From contig MU053810.1 of the NCBI GenBank assembly GCA_013239625.1, forward strand, positions 3,628,071-3,692,070: a stretch of 64,000 bases of DNA, written 5' to 3'. Both the position numbers and the translations under genes were made by a program. Shown piece after piece: positions 13,950 through 26,694 of the stretch. The number at the start of each line of letters is the position of its first letter. Position 1 is the stretch's first letter. Below the pieces are notes generated by a model. It was not told the DNA's origin and searched no databases. It worked only from the letters and a program-made list of their open reading frames with translations. The stretch is from Lama guanicoe. Taxonomy: Eukaryota.

Positions 13950-14415
13950 CATAAAAGTATCCTGGGTGAGCCTGGCTACATCAGGTGAGAGCCCTTGAAA
14001 GAGGGACTGAGCCTCACAGAAGCAAGTGTTTGTTCTTGTGGTTGGATGAAGTAGGCGGCCATGTGGAGGAAGCCCAAGTGCCAGGGACCTGCAGGTGGCC
14101 TCTAGGACCTGGGGGAAGCCCCCATTCCAAATCCAGCTGAAAGTGGAGCCCTAAGTCATACAGCTGCAAGGAAATGAATTCTGTCAATGACCTAAGTGAG
14201 TTTGGAAGTGGATTTTTCCATAGTTAAGCCTCCAATGAGAACACAATCTAGCTGACACCTGAAATGCAGCCTTTTGAGACCCCTCACAGAGAGCAGAGGA
14301 TAGAGAGAAATTGTGCCTGACCTCCTAGCCTGTGGACACCGTTAGATAATAAACGTCTGTTGTTTTAAGCCACTAAATTTCTGGTTATTTGTTACAGCAA
14401 TCAAAAATTAATACA
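13950..14415 (+). mobile_element. MLT1-type MaLR LTR
   Basis: Ends AATAAACGTCTGTTGTTTTAAGCCACTAAATTTCTGGTTATTTGTTACAGCAATCAAAAATTAATACA. 5' boundary approximate. Confidence 0.8.
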
Positions 14416-15514
14416 CCAGTTTACATTGAGCCCCACAAAGGCAGGGTTTTTGCTGCGATTTTGCTGGAGCAGGCATCCAGTAAGGGTTGAATAACCATTT
14501 CTGCCTGCCACTTAGAGCACTGGGCCAGCTGGGTTCTGTCTTCTGTGAGCATTTATTTATCACCTGTTAAGACCCACTCTTTGGGCTGTTGCTACATCTC
14601 ACCACTTAAACAGTCCATGGTACCCCTGCTTCCAGCCTTTTCACTGTTCTCTCCTTTCAGCCAAGTGTTCACCACCTTCCACTCTGCTTGTTCAAATCCT
14701 ACCCATCTCTTGTGCACATCTTCAGCAGATACAAGTTTAGAGGTAAGGTGCTTCCATTTTAATTTTAAACAAAAGCTATAAACCGGATTTTAGAATTTTT
14801 TTGAGGTCTAAATTTATAAATATTGCATGTTCTTTTGGGATCAGCTAATAAGCAGATATTCTCAGGTTTATGTTTTCATTGCTTTTAATACCCTCATTCT
14901 CAAAACATTATTTTAAGTGTGTGTGTGTAGTTTGTGTACATATGTGTGTATATAGTAAAGATAAGATCTTATATAATAATAATTATATAAGATATAATTA
15001 TTATTAATACTACTACTTACATGCTAGAACTTATGGTAGGTTCTGTAGACTGTCTTATTTACTCCTTTGAATATAGAAACAGCTCCCATAAGTTTTTTAT
15101 TTTCCTTCTTGCTGAGGGAATGTGATTATTTTAGATAATTCCTCGAGGCCATACAACTAATTGGCAGAGCTGAAGATGGCTCTTAGATTTGTATGACTTC
15201 AAAACCAATGCTTTTTTCATTACCCTAAACTATCTCCTTAATTAAAACATAGTCACATGAAACAAAATATACATAGTATCAAAACAAATGCAAACAAGTA
15301 TTTCTCATTATCTCATATACCTACATACTTATCAAAATAGCTATTCATCTTTCAACTTGCTACCTTCGTTTAAGTGTTCATCAGTTAGATATCTTTAAAG
15401 CTACTGATAAGAGAAATTAAAGCAATCTCACATTCACAGGTGTACCTTAGAAAGAAAAAATTATACCTGAGCCAGCAGAAAAAAAATGTATGTGCTTAGA
15501 CAGGATTTCAAAAT

Positions 15515-15711
15515 TGTAAAATAGATATACAAGATTATACTGTATAGCACAGGGAAATATATACAAGATCTTATGGTAGCTCACAGAGAAAAAAATGTAA
15601 CAATTATATATATATGTTCATGTATAACTGAAAAATTGTGCTCTACACTGGAATTTGACACAACATTGTAAAATGATTATAAATCAATAAAAAAATGTTA
15701 AAAAAAAAAAA
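15515..15711 (+). mobile_element. Young camelid-type L1 3'UTR with poly(A)
   Basis: Close reverse-complement match to the tail at 29-200 (GAATTTGACACAACATTGTAAAATGATTATAAATCAATAAAAAA). Confidence 0.88.
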
Positions 15712-15864
15712 GTGAGCGCAGGGAACCATGGAATTTTAGGGATAAGTAAGCCATTTCAGAGGCAAAAAATGAGATAGAGCCTCTGGGCCAGGGAACCAGA
15801 TGGTGCTGGCAGGAGAGTAGTGGCCTTGCCTGGGGGTCCTACTGGTCTTTTTATGGGGCTTCCC

Positions 15865-16395
15865 ACCTTACCTCAACATAATAAAGGTCATATATGACAA
15901 ACCCATAGCTAACATCATGTTAACTGGTGAAAAGCTGAAGGATTTTTCTCTAAATCAGGAACAAGCAAAGGATGCGCACTGTCGCCACTTCGGTTCCATA
16001 TGGTACAGGAAGTACTAAGCAGAGCAATTAGTAAGAAAAAGAAAGACGAGGCATTCAGATCTGAAAAAGGGAAGCAAAGTGTCCCTGTTTGCAGTTGGCA
16101 TGATCTTTTACAAGCAAACTCTAAAGATTCCACCAAAACTGTAGAACTAAACAAATTCAGCAAAGTTTCAGGATACGAAATCAACTTGTAAAAGTCAGCT
16201 GCATTTCTATACACTAACAATGGACTATTGGAAAAGGAAATTGAGAACAAATCTCATTTACAATAGCATCAAAAAGAATAAAATACTTAGGAATAAACTT
16301 AACAAAAAAGGGTGAAAGACTTGTGTATTAAAAACTACAATTGCTGAAAGAAATTAACGAGACAGATAAATGAAGACATCCTGCATTCATGAATT
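15865..16395 (+). mobile_element. L1 ORF2 RT fragment, decayed
   Basis: Remnants of IYDKPIANI, SGTSKGCALSPL, EVLSRAI and FSKVSGYEIN. Confidence 0.85.
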
Positions 16396-17579
16396 TGCTT
16401 CATTTTTTTAGTGCTTGCTTAAGCATTTACAGTATGTATTTTTACCTTAATTGAGTATACATTTAACTAATATTGTACCACATTCCATGTTATATACGAA
16501 CCTCACCATAGAATGTTTCCACTTTTTGATTCTGTTCTTTGTGCTGTTGCTGTCGTACACCTTACTTCTGCATATGTTATAAACCCCACAATACATTGTC
16601 ACTATTTTTTTGCTTAAAGAAGTCTATTGTTTAAATAAATTTAAAAATGAGAAAAAAATTTTAAAAAATGGTGAATGGAAGAATGAATGGACTGTTTTTA
16701 TGTCGAATTTCTCATGCATAGAAAAGCAAGTTTAAAAAAGGTATGTGAATTGGCCAAAATACTGATGGAACTATCCAAAGAGAAATGTACAAGGGCATGG
16801 ACTAAACTTTGCTCACACTAGTTAGATAATCATACATTGTATAGCAGTAAATTTTGTTCATAAGTAGCAAGAGCACTACACTCTTACTTAATTTTTTAGA
16901 TATAAGCTAAAGGGAATAAAATTTCCACATGGAAATCCCAGGATCAAATTCAAATTATACTTTGTATTTCTGTCTCGGATTGAAACTACCTAAGAGCTGC
17001 TTTATAATCTAAGTGAAAAATAATTCAAGATCAATTTTCCAGTCTGTCTGTGCTCATGCGTATGTGTTTTTAGCTGAAAGTGTAACCAGCAGTATGCTTG
17101 TTTGTGGAGGACTGTTGTCATACACACCTACAGAATTAGACTTTCAAAATAAAGTAACGTAACAGACAGCCTCCAACCAGCCTTCTAGATAAATAGAGAA
17201 GAGTCACAGGGCTACAAGCTGATGTTGCCAGTTAGTATATAGTACACTGATTTATAGAAGAAAGAGAATTAATTGCTTCTATGACACTGATTCTAATTAT
17301 AGCCTCAAAGAAAAATGATGAGAACAGTCTTGTAGGATAATCACTCTTCGTTGGCCTTAATTCATATTGAATGGAGTCACTGAGGCCATATATTAGAGTT
17401 CTGGACAACTTGTGAGATGCAAAAAAAGAGTTTTATTAACACTATGATAAATAGCAAAAATTTACATAAAGTTCTAGGAAATAAAACTGCGAGGAAAACA
17501 CAAATTTGAAATTTACAATTAACAAATAAGAATTGGTAACGCGTTTTAATTTTTAAATTTTTGAGCTTTAAAAAGAAGT

Positions 17580-18385
17580 GGAAAATGCAAATCAAAACTA
17601 CAGTGAGGTAGCACCCCACATGAGTCAGAATGGCCATCATTAAAAAGTCTACAAACAGTAAATGCTGGAAAGGGTGTGAAGAAAAGGGAATCCTCCTGCA
17701 CTGTTGCTGAGAATGTAATTTGGTGCAGCCACTACAGAAAACAGTATGGAGGTTCCTTAAAAAAGTAAAAACAAAGCTACTATTTGATCCAGTCCTAGGC
17801 ATATATCCAGAGAAACTCTAATTTGAAAAGATACATGCACCTCAGTATTTATAGCAGCACTATTTACAATAGCCAAGACATAGAAGCAACCTGAATGTCC
17901 ACTGACAGATGATTGGATACAGAAGTTGTGATACACACACACACACTCACTCACACTGGAATACTACTCAGCCATAAAAAAGAATGAAATATTGCCATTT
18001 GCAGCAACACAGATGGACCTAGAGATCATTATACTAAGTTAAGTAAGTCAGACAGAGAAAGACGAATATCATATATTACTTATACGTGGAATCTAAACAA
18101 AAAATGACATAAGTGAGCTTATTTACAAAACAAACAGCAGAAACAGACTCACAGACAGAAAACAACTTATTGCTACCAAAGAGCAAAGGGAGGGTGAGGG
18201 ATAAATTAGGAGTTTCAGATTTACAGATACTAACTACTATATATAAAATAGATAAACTACAAGATCCTACTGTACAGCACAGGAAAATATATTCAATAGC
18301 TTGTAATAACCTATAATGAAAAAGAATGTAAAAATATATGTATATGTATAACTGAATCACTATGCTATACACCAGAAAATAAAAT
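17580..18385 (+). mobile_element. L1 ORF2 C-terminus + 3'UTR
   Basis: Starts ATGCAAATCAAAACTACAGTGAGG (MQIKTTVR), includes GGAATACTACTCAGCCATAAAAAAGAATG, then L1 3'UTR. Confidence 0.88.
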
Positions 18386-20079
18386 TGTAGGGAGATTTTA
18401 ATATACAAATGCCATCAGCACACTTTGTTTTGTCTTCAGCTGCTAAAACTTCATGGAATGGACAAGAAGGATGTAATATTACCAGATACATCCACAAACA
18501 ATGGCTGCTAGAGTAAGGCTTAGTTAAACCAAAAGTTACAGTAATTTTACTTACCTCTTGCTGGTGATTTATAGTTTAGAAAGTGCCTCATATACTTTAT
18601 CCTTGGATTGTTAGCCCTAGTGTAAAAAGAGTATAAAAATTAATTCAAAAATTGAGTGACAATTAGCAGAGCAAAAAGATTATCAACTTAATTCAAGAAT
18701 TGAGTTGTGCTAGAATTCATTTTTCTAGCACAGCAGAAGCATCATTTACATAACAATTGATATGCTAATTTATTCTCCCCTAAGAACTCTGCTATGTGGC
18801 AATCCTTTGCCAATATAGTTCAAGATATTTTGTTATTTGAAAGTTCAGAATTTGATAGGTGATAACTTTTTTTTGAGGGTTTTAAACTATAAAATCAACC
18901 TTAGGTTAGTGTGACATGAAAAAATTAAGATAAAACAGATGAGGAAATTCTTTGGAAGGAAGTTATTTGCCATTTAAGCAGAATATTTTCCTCTTTGCTC
19001 CTAAATAGGGAGAAATTCGTGTCTCTTTTTGAGAATGTGTGAAAATTCTTTACTTCTGGTATTATATCAATCTACCAATCGGTAATTTTCAGATGCAGAA
19101 AGTTATGCCTCCACCCTTTTCCTTCAAAATTTCTATATTTAAGCTTTTCACAAATTCATACTGACTAAACTAAGGAGGCTTAGCTATAATGATGATATTT
19201 TTCTAAACCATTTAAAGGATGATTCCAGATTATTTAGAAACAAATCAGTAACTAGAGGATCTGGTCATGATAACAGATTGCACTCACATTGAAGCCTTAC
19301 TCTATGACTCCCAAACCCTGGAAATAAGACAAAATAAATATAATCATCTGGTAAATCTGAAACTGCTCTAGAAATTAAGGACAGCAATTGAAGAACAAAA
19401 CTATGAGGTTCTTCTAAAGTATGGAAAGCAGACAGGTCCAAAATTTTAAAACCACAGCTGGCAATGAAAGAACTGCTGATGGACGGATGGATGTATTCCA
19501 GGGTATCAGTCAGGGAAGCAGAGAAGCAGGACCAGTAGTGGAGGTATCTACATCCCTGTGGACAAAGAGATTTGTTGCAGGGAATTGGCTTACCCACTTG
19601 TCCAAATGTGGAAGCTAGTTAAGCAATCTCTATGAAGCTTTGTCTCCACATTTGAGGCTGGAGCTTTAAGTCCACAGGGCGGGCAGTGAGTGTGGAAAGA
19701 TCATGAGCAGAACAGAACCCACAAATGCAAACTGGAACTTCATAAGGAGAGACTGAAACCTGTGCCCAGTCTTGTCACTCTTGACCTTGGTGTTATTAGT
19801 GCCACTATGTTATAGAGCTAAACCTGCAAACCTGTCTGAGGGTCAGAGAAGTGGGTCCATGGGTAGGCAGGCTAATTGCAGGCCTAGCTGCAACCGCCTC
19901 AGCAGATCAGTAACAACATGTGCACACCCAGACCAGAAACATACAAGAAAGGGAATTCTGGGAAATGTAGGTCAGCCTACTAGCCAATGTTAGCACATTA
20001 CAAAGCTATATATTCAAGAGGAAGATGTGGAATGCAAGGAAAAAAATAATCAGTGAAACAGCTTATTAAATCTAAAGGT

Positions 20080-21385
20080 GCCCGAGAAAGACAAATACTG
20101 TATGATTTCACTTATACATAGAATCTAAGAACCAAAACACATGAACAAACGTAACAAAGCAGAAACAAAGTTGCAATACAGAGAACAAACAGGTGGTTGC
20201 CAGAGAGGGAGGAGGTGGTGGGAGAATGAGATAAATAGGCGAGGGGCATGCAGAGGTTCAAACTTCCATTACTGGTAGAAAATATACAGAGTGGGCAATA
20301 TAGGCAATAATTATGTAAGGTCTTTGTATAGTGAGGGGTGGTAACTAGACATATCATGCTATTATTTTGAAACACAGAGAAATATCCAATCACTATGTTG
20401 TGTAAAAGGAACTGACACAGTGTTGGAGGTCATTATACTTGAAAAAATAAACAGACAAACAAACAAGCTCATTGAAAAAGAGATCAGACGTGTGGTTACC
20501 AGAGACCAGGGGTGGCGAGAGGGGGAATTGGATGAAGGTGGTCAAAATGTACAAACTTCCAGTTATAAGATAAATAAGTATCAAGGATGTAACGTGCAAC
20601 ATGATAAATATAATTAACACTGTTATATGCTATATACAGAAATTATTAAGAGACTAAGTCCTAAGAGTATACTGTTGTAAGGTTATTATATTGTATATGC
20701 AGTGATACAATATTATTTGATGATAGAATGTGATGAGTAAAGATGAATACTGCAAACTCTAGAACAACCCTCAGTACCTTCAAAAACAAACAACAAGCAA
20801 TTCAAACAGATACAGCTGTAATGAAAAACCAGTAGAGAAGATACAGGGGAATACTAAAAAAATACTTAATTCAAAAGAAGTAAGAAAAAAAGGGGGGGGA
20901 GGAAAAAGAACATATGGGACAAGTGAACAGCAAAGAGCAAGATGACAGACTTAAATCCAACTATATCAGAATTTAAATTAAATTTCAGTGGTCTAGACAC
21001 TCCAGTTAAAAGACAAAGCCTTAGTGAAATAAATCAGAGGAAGGCAAATACTATATGATCTCACTTACAAGGAGATTGTAAAACATAATACAAATGAGTG
21101 ATATACAAAACAGAAACAGATTTACAGATATAAAAACAAACTTGTGGTTACCAAAGGGGAGAGGGATGGAGGAGGGACAAATTAGGAGTATGGGATTAAT
21201 AGACACAAATTGTTATACATAAAATAGATAAGCAATAAAGATTTACTCTCTAGCACAGGGAATTATACTCATTATTAATTATAATGGACTATATTCTGCA
21301 AAAATACCGAATCACTATGCTGTACACCTGAAACTAACACAATATTGTAAATCAACTACACTTCAATAAAATAAAATGAAAAAAC
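20080..21385 (+). mobile_element. Stack of several L1 3'UTR fragments
   Basis: Repeated motifs (GACAAATACTGTATGATTTCACTT, GTGGTTACCAGAG, CACTATGCTGTACACCTGAAACTAACAC). Internal boundaries approximate. Confidence 0.75.
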
Positions 21386-22950
21386 CTGCCAAGCTGAATA
21401 AAATATAAATGTCAATTATGCATTTCTTGAAAGAGTTACATATTAAATAGAAAGATACCGAAATGTTGAATGTTAATGGATAGAAACAGACAAATATAAA
21501 CCATAACAAAAGAAAATTGGCATGGCTATATTAATACTGTTTTTCTGGCTTGCATAGTTTCAGACAAAAAGACGTTCTCTTCTTTACATGTGTTCCTCTG
21601 TATATAATGTGCCTTTTTTTCTTCTGGCTGATTTTAGAATTTTCTCATTATCACTGTCATTGTGGTTCTACTTTTATTAACTGATTTTTTTTCCCCTCCT
21701 GAATATGAGTCACATATTCTGCTTTTTCGCACATCTAGTAATTTTTTTGGATGCTGGATGTTTGGAATGTTATGTTGTTGAGTGTCTGAATTTTAAAAAA
21801 AACTTTCTTTAAAGAGTACTGAATTTTGCTATGACTGGTACACAAATTATTTGTGGATCAGCTTAATCTTTTTGATGTTTATTAGGTTTGCTAGGGTGGG
21901 GCAGCAGTGGGCTTTCTACTGCTTTAGCTCTGTTACAAAGTTGCAACCCTTCTAAGGTCTCTGCTGAACAGTCCAGCTTTTCAATGTAGTTTCACTATTG
22001 TATCGAGTTAGAAAATAAAACACCTCCCAGCCCCATGTGAGCTCTGGGAAGTTTCCAGCCTACAGCTGCTTTGCAAAGCCTGGTGGAGTTCTGCACAGCA
22101 TTCATGTAGCTTAGTATTCAGCCCAAACCTCAACAGGCCTTTGAGCAGATTTGCAGGTTTTTGGAGCTCGAACTCTGCACAACCCCCTTTCTCCCAGTAT
22201 TTGCCTTGTAAGTTCCACTCACCTTGGCATTCTTAAACTCCAGTCCCTGTCTTTTCAGTTTGGAGAGACCGCTGTCATCTGCCTGCTGCCCTTACTATGA
22301 TCCAACATGGAAAGTACCTCTGGGAAGAAACAAATGGTGATCATCAGTTTCACCTTGTTCCATTTTTAACAAGTGTTACAGCCCTGACTGGTTTCCAACT
22401 TCTGAATGTCTGTTGTTTCAGGGATTTTGTCCAAGTTGCTGGTTGTTTATGGCTAGTTCAGTACCAGGTATTCTGTCATGGCTGAAAGAAGAAATCTTAT
22501 ACATTTTCTCTTGGTTGTATCATTGAGCCAATGAATCCCATGAAAAATGACCTACTTCTGGACTTTTTAGATACATGAGCCAATGAACTTCATTTTTATT
22601 TTAAGACAGGATGAGCTGGATTTTTCTGTTGCCTACAACCAAAATCTGTTTCCCAAGTGATATACTCTATAAAGACTTGGATTCACAGCCAAGAATTGAA
22701 ATATTGATATACTATTTTCTTATTTCTCCTATATTTTTTCCCAAATTGATCTTTAGCAATGCAATCACTATTCTAATTCAGTTCATTTTCCTTCTATACA
22801 CATTTACTGATAAGTTTCTACATACATTGACCGAAATGTAATTCCGTGATATGCTAGACACCAAGATTATAAAGATAAAGTTACTGCTCTCAAGAAGCCA
22901 ACTGTCTCCTAAGGGAAGCTAACACATGAGCAATTAAGGGCAATACTGTT

Positions 22951-23453
22951 TGTTGTGGATAGAATTGTGTCCCCTAAAATGATATGCAGAAGTCCTAACC
23001 TCTGATACCTGTGAGTGTAAAATTTAAGAATTTGGAAAAACGGTCTTTGCAGTGGTAATCAGGTTAAGATAAGGTCATATTGAATTAGTGTAAGCCTTAA
23101 TCCGATGATTGCTTATCCGTATACAAAGGAGGAAATTTGGATACAGACACAGAGAGGAGGGTGCCAAGTGAAAACAAATGCAGACACCAGGGCAGAAGGC
23201 CACATGAAGACAGAGGCAGAGAGGAGAGTAATGCATTGACAAGCTAAGGGACTCTAAAGCTTGCCAGCAACCACTAGAAGCTAAGAGAAGGCAAAGAAAG
23301 AATTCTCCTCCAGAGCCTTCAGGGAGAGCATGGCCCTGCTACCACCTTGACTTTGGACTTCTAGCTTCCAGAACTGTGAAAGAATACATTTCTCTTGTTT
23401 TAAGCTACCTAGTTTGTGGTACTTTGTTATGGTGGCTCAAGGAGACAAATTCA
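22951..23453 (+). mobile_element. MLT1 (B/C-like) solo LTR
   Basis: TGTTGTGGATAGAATTGTGTCCCC...GAAGTCCTAACC...GGACTTCTAGCTTCCAGAACTGTGAAAGAATACATTTC...TTTGTTATGG. Confidence 0.85.
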
Positions 23454-26179
23454 GTTTTATACACACAGTGGTGGAAACACATGGCAAAGAAGCAGCACAG
23501 AGGAAGGAGCGAAGCTTCTCTGGAACTCATGTGCTGCGATGCGTCCGAGAGAGGCAGGGAGCGAGGGAAAACCAGGGCCCATTGTTCAGAGACTTCTTTA
23601 AAAAGTTTACAATTAACCTATATCCAACTTCAGGAAATACTTTTGCTTGAGTGCTAAAAAAAAAAAAGTTACCTTGAGGGAACAAAGAGCCCTGGCTTGA
23701 CCCAACCTACACGGCCACGTTCTTTGAGGGTCCGGCTTGCTTTTGCAAGGTGCTTGCTCGGCAGAGCAGAGCGGCCTGGAGAATGAATGTGAAAAGAGCA
23801 GCCAGTGCGAAGATGACAAGAAGCCACCAAGAAGACGAATAAAAGGACCCAATAGAGGGAGTTCATATGTCAAGCCGCTTGGTTTATGGCTCCCCTGCCC
23901 CTCCCCTGGAGCAGAAAACCAGCTTTTCCCTTTGTCCTTCTGCCTCAGCTGTGAATTTTTCACAGCTGGGCCCACACATTGGTGGGCTCCTACTTTAGGG
24001 CTCTTACCACCCGCTAATAGGTCTACTAGATGTGAGCAGAAGGACAAATTACTAGACACCAATCCGAGGTGTCAGTCAGGAGAAGCCAGAAGGGAAGGGG
24101 AAGCGGAAAAATACCTCAAGAAATAATGGCCAAAACTTTTCCAAAATCGAGGAAAACCTTGAACCCACATATTCAAGATTCTCAAAACTCAGGGGCTAAA
24201 AATGACAAAGACTTCTCATGCACACACAGCTTACTGCGTTTTGGAAGAGCCTCCAGGGCACCTGTCATCCAGGTGATGGCTTCGCAGGATCGGCCTCCGC
24301 TTTCCAGCCAACATCGCACCATTCTCGGGGTGGCCCCTAGCTGGTGATGAGCATGGCAATATATCAGGCACCTAGTCATTTCTGCCCGATGCGGTACCCC
24401 TTTGAAGGGCAATCTTTGCTCCAGAGTTCTGTCTTTCTGAGCCAGAGGCCCTGCGCTGCCTGCCCTGTGGTCTGACAGTCCCTCTGCCCAATCCTGCTTC
24501 CTCCCCCTCTCCTTGGTAACTTCTACGTCATGACAAAACATTGACACTCCTGACTCCATCACCACAACTACTTCTTGGAGAATCCAACCCGGGATCCTCC
24601 TCTTAGCCCTCCACCCCACCATCAAGGGGGGAACTGGGAAATCAAAGTAAAACCCATCGAGAAAAGTAACCTTCCCTGTTTGGCTCATAACGAGACACTT
24701 CTGCTACACTGAGGGCACGTTTTAATGCAAACAGACCCAGCTAGAAGGCAACTTCTTTTCTGGCATAATAGGTGTTACTGTGTAAGATACAGAGCCTAAA
24801 TCTTGGTAATGGGAGGAAGAGGCTGCCTCAGAAGAATACTAATTCCTGGTTGAGTCAGTGGAAGCCAGCTGCAATCTATCACTGGGAAGAGAGGCCAAGT
24901 GGTCCCACCCGACAGCCAGGAGCCAGAGCCCCTTTCCTTTCTTTCAGAGCCAGGCCAGAGCTGAGGCAGGGGGAAACCCATCCACAGTGAGGCCTGGGTT
25001 AGCAGATTTCACAAGCCCTTCAAAAGCAGCAGGAGCTGACACCTCCTTATCTTGCAGGATTACCAAGCTTCCCCCCAAACGGGTGATGCAAAGAGATCTT
25101 AGGCGGCAAAATCCCACCAGCCGACCAGCCGTATAGCAGTGGTGTGCTGTGCTGCACAAGGATGCTTCCAGGAACACTCAGTGACAACCTTTTTATTTTA
25201 AAATTTTGTACAGGCTGCTTTCACCTCCATCTCAGTTTAGGGTGGTTTAATCTGGGAAGTGAGGCAGGCAATGTTTAGGAAGGGGAAGTTTCTGTTCCTA
25301 ATCACCTGGTAGGTCACTGTCAGAGACAACCTTGATTTCTGTTAGTGATCCCTCTCCATAGAGGGTTGCCAGGGACATCCCGGTGGAATGAGGAAGTGTC
25401 CCCACCCTACTGGTGATATGATGATCTGTCTGGGTGTAAAATTTCCTGGGTGCAAACGGGTCTATTTTAATTTTATGAACCTCCATAGTTGGTTTATTTT
25501 ATAGAGTGGTTTCCCAAAGTGTAATGGATAAAGCTCAATATGCTTTGTATAAACTTCTTGGGCATAAGGTCCCTGCCCCTCCTTACAGGCTCTGTCAGCT
25601 CATGTCACGATAACTTTCTTGCAATCTGCAAAAGGTATTTTGTTCCTATTATTTCCTCTATCTGAAATGAGGTCCGCTCTTTGTCTATCAGGCTAAAATG
25701 AATCATTTCAGGAAATTCAGGTTGGATTGCCTGCTCCTTGGATCCTGCCCACATCTTCTTCCTTCTCTCTTCAACCCAGGGCTGTCCTGTCCTATTGCTC
25801 TCCTCTGATCCTTTTTATATAATCTGATTATTGAGACTGAGAACTGTGAGTTATTGATGGAGTTTACGTTTAAAAAAAAACTAATATTTTTGTGGCCACC
25901 AGTGAACTCTTCTTGTAAATACATCTATTTCTAAACCGGTTCATATCATCCAGATGAACTGAAATGGAAAACATTTGTGAAACAAATTTTTAAATAAAAT
26001 ACCTTACTTAACTAAAGCACAGTATAAATATCCTAATTGCTATGTTCTTTAGTATATACTCCTGAAAAGGGGGGCCTTAGCGTTAGTTCATAAAATATAT
26101 GATGGGCCAAAACCTCAACAGAGGAGTGAGGTATAAATTTAAGTGATCACATGTAGTTTTTCAATAAACTCTTTTTGGT

Positions 26180-26318
26180 GGGAGGAGGGTATAGCTCAGT
26201 GGTAGAGCACATGTTTAGCACGCATGAGGTTCTGGGTTCAATCCCCAGTATCTCCATTGAAAAACTAACTAAATAAGTAAACCTAATTACCTACCCTCTG
26301 CAAAAAAAAAAAAAAAAG
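26180..26318 (+). mobile_element. tRNA-Ala-derived camelid SINE (Vic-1-like)
   Basis: A box TAGCTCAGTGG, B box GGTTCAATCC, tail AAACCTAATTACC and A16. Imperfect TSD A(A/G)ACTCTT(T/C)TTGG at 26166-26178 and 26319-26331. Confidence 0.88.
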
Positions 26319-26367
26319 AGACTCTTCTTGGCAGTGTCAACATTTTGCTTTTGAAACTATTAGTCTA

Positions 26368-26480
26368 GACCCAGAATTGCCAAAGCAATATTGAAGAAAA
26401 AAGAATGAAGCTGGAGGAATAACCCTCCCAGACTTCATGCAATCTTACAGAGCTACAGTAATCAAAACAGCATGGTATTG
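26368..26480 (+). mobile_element. Tailless internal L1 ORF2 fragment flanked by a 17-bp TSD
   Basis: Encodes PRIAKAILKKK/NEAGGITLPDF...RATVIKTAWY. TSD TTGAAACT(A/G)TTAGTCTA at 26351-26367 and 26478-26494. No poly(A). Confidence 0.85.
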
Positions 26481-26694
26481 AAACTGTTAGTCTAATTAAG
26501 AACTAATATGCTAGTTCCAGCGATGGAGAATGAGTAAAATGCTCATAAGTTTTTATCTCCTCCCATCTCCTGAAACAGAGGGGGAGAAACAAGAATAATC
26601 TTTGATAATGTAGGAATTCCCTCATTAGAGTTCCTTACTATTTTAAATGGTAAGAAGATAAGTGGATAGAGTTGTTTCTGAAATGCCTAAGCTT

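Noticed and set aside
23750..23764. U6 snRNA 5'-like GTGCTTGCTCGGCAG
   Set aside because: Only ~15 nt similar, with no continuation or TSD.
23376..25177. Cluster of overlapping 60-168 aa ORFs
   Set aside because: No recognisable domain or consistent splice structure. Explained by higher GC content and LTR-like sequence.
26180..26255. Functional tRNA-Ala gene
   Set aside because: The acceptor stem is degenerate and it is followed by a SINE tail, poly(A) and a TSD, so it is a SINE.
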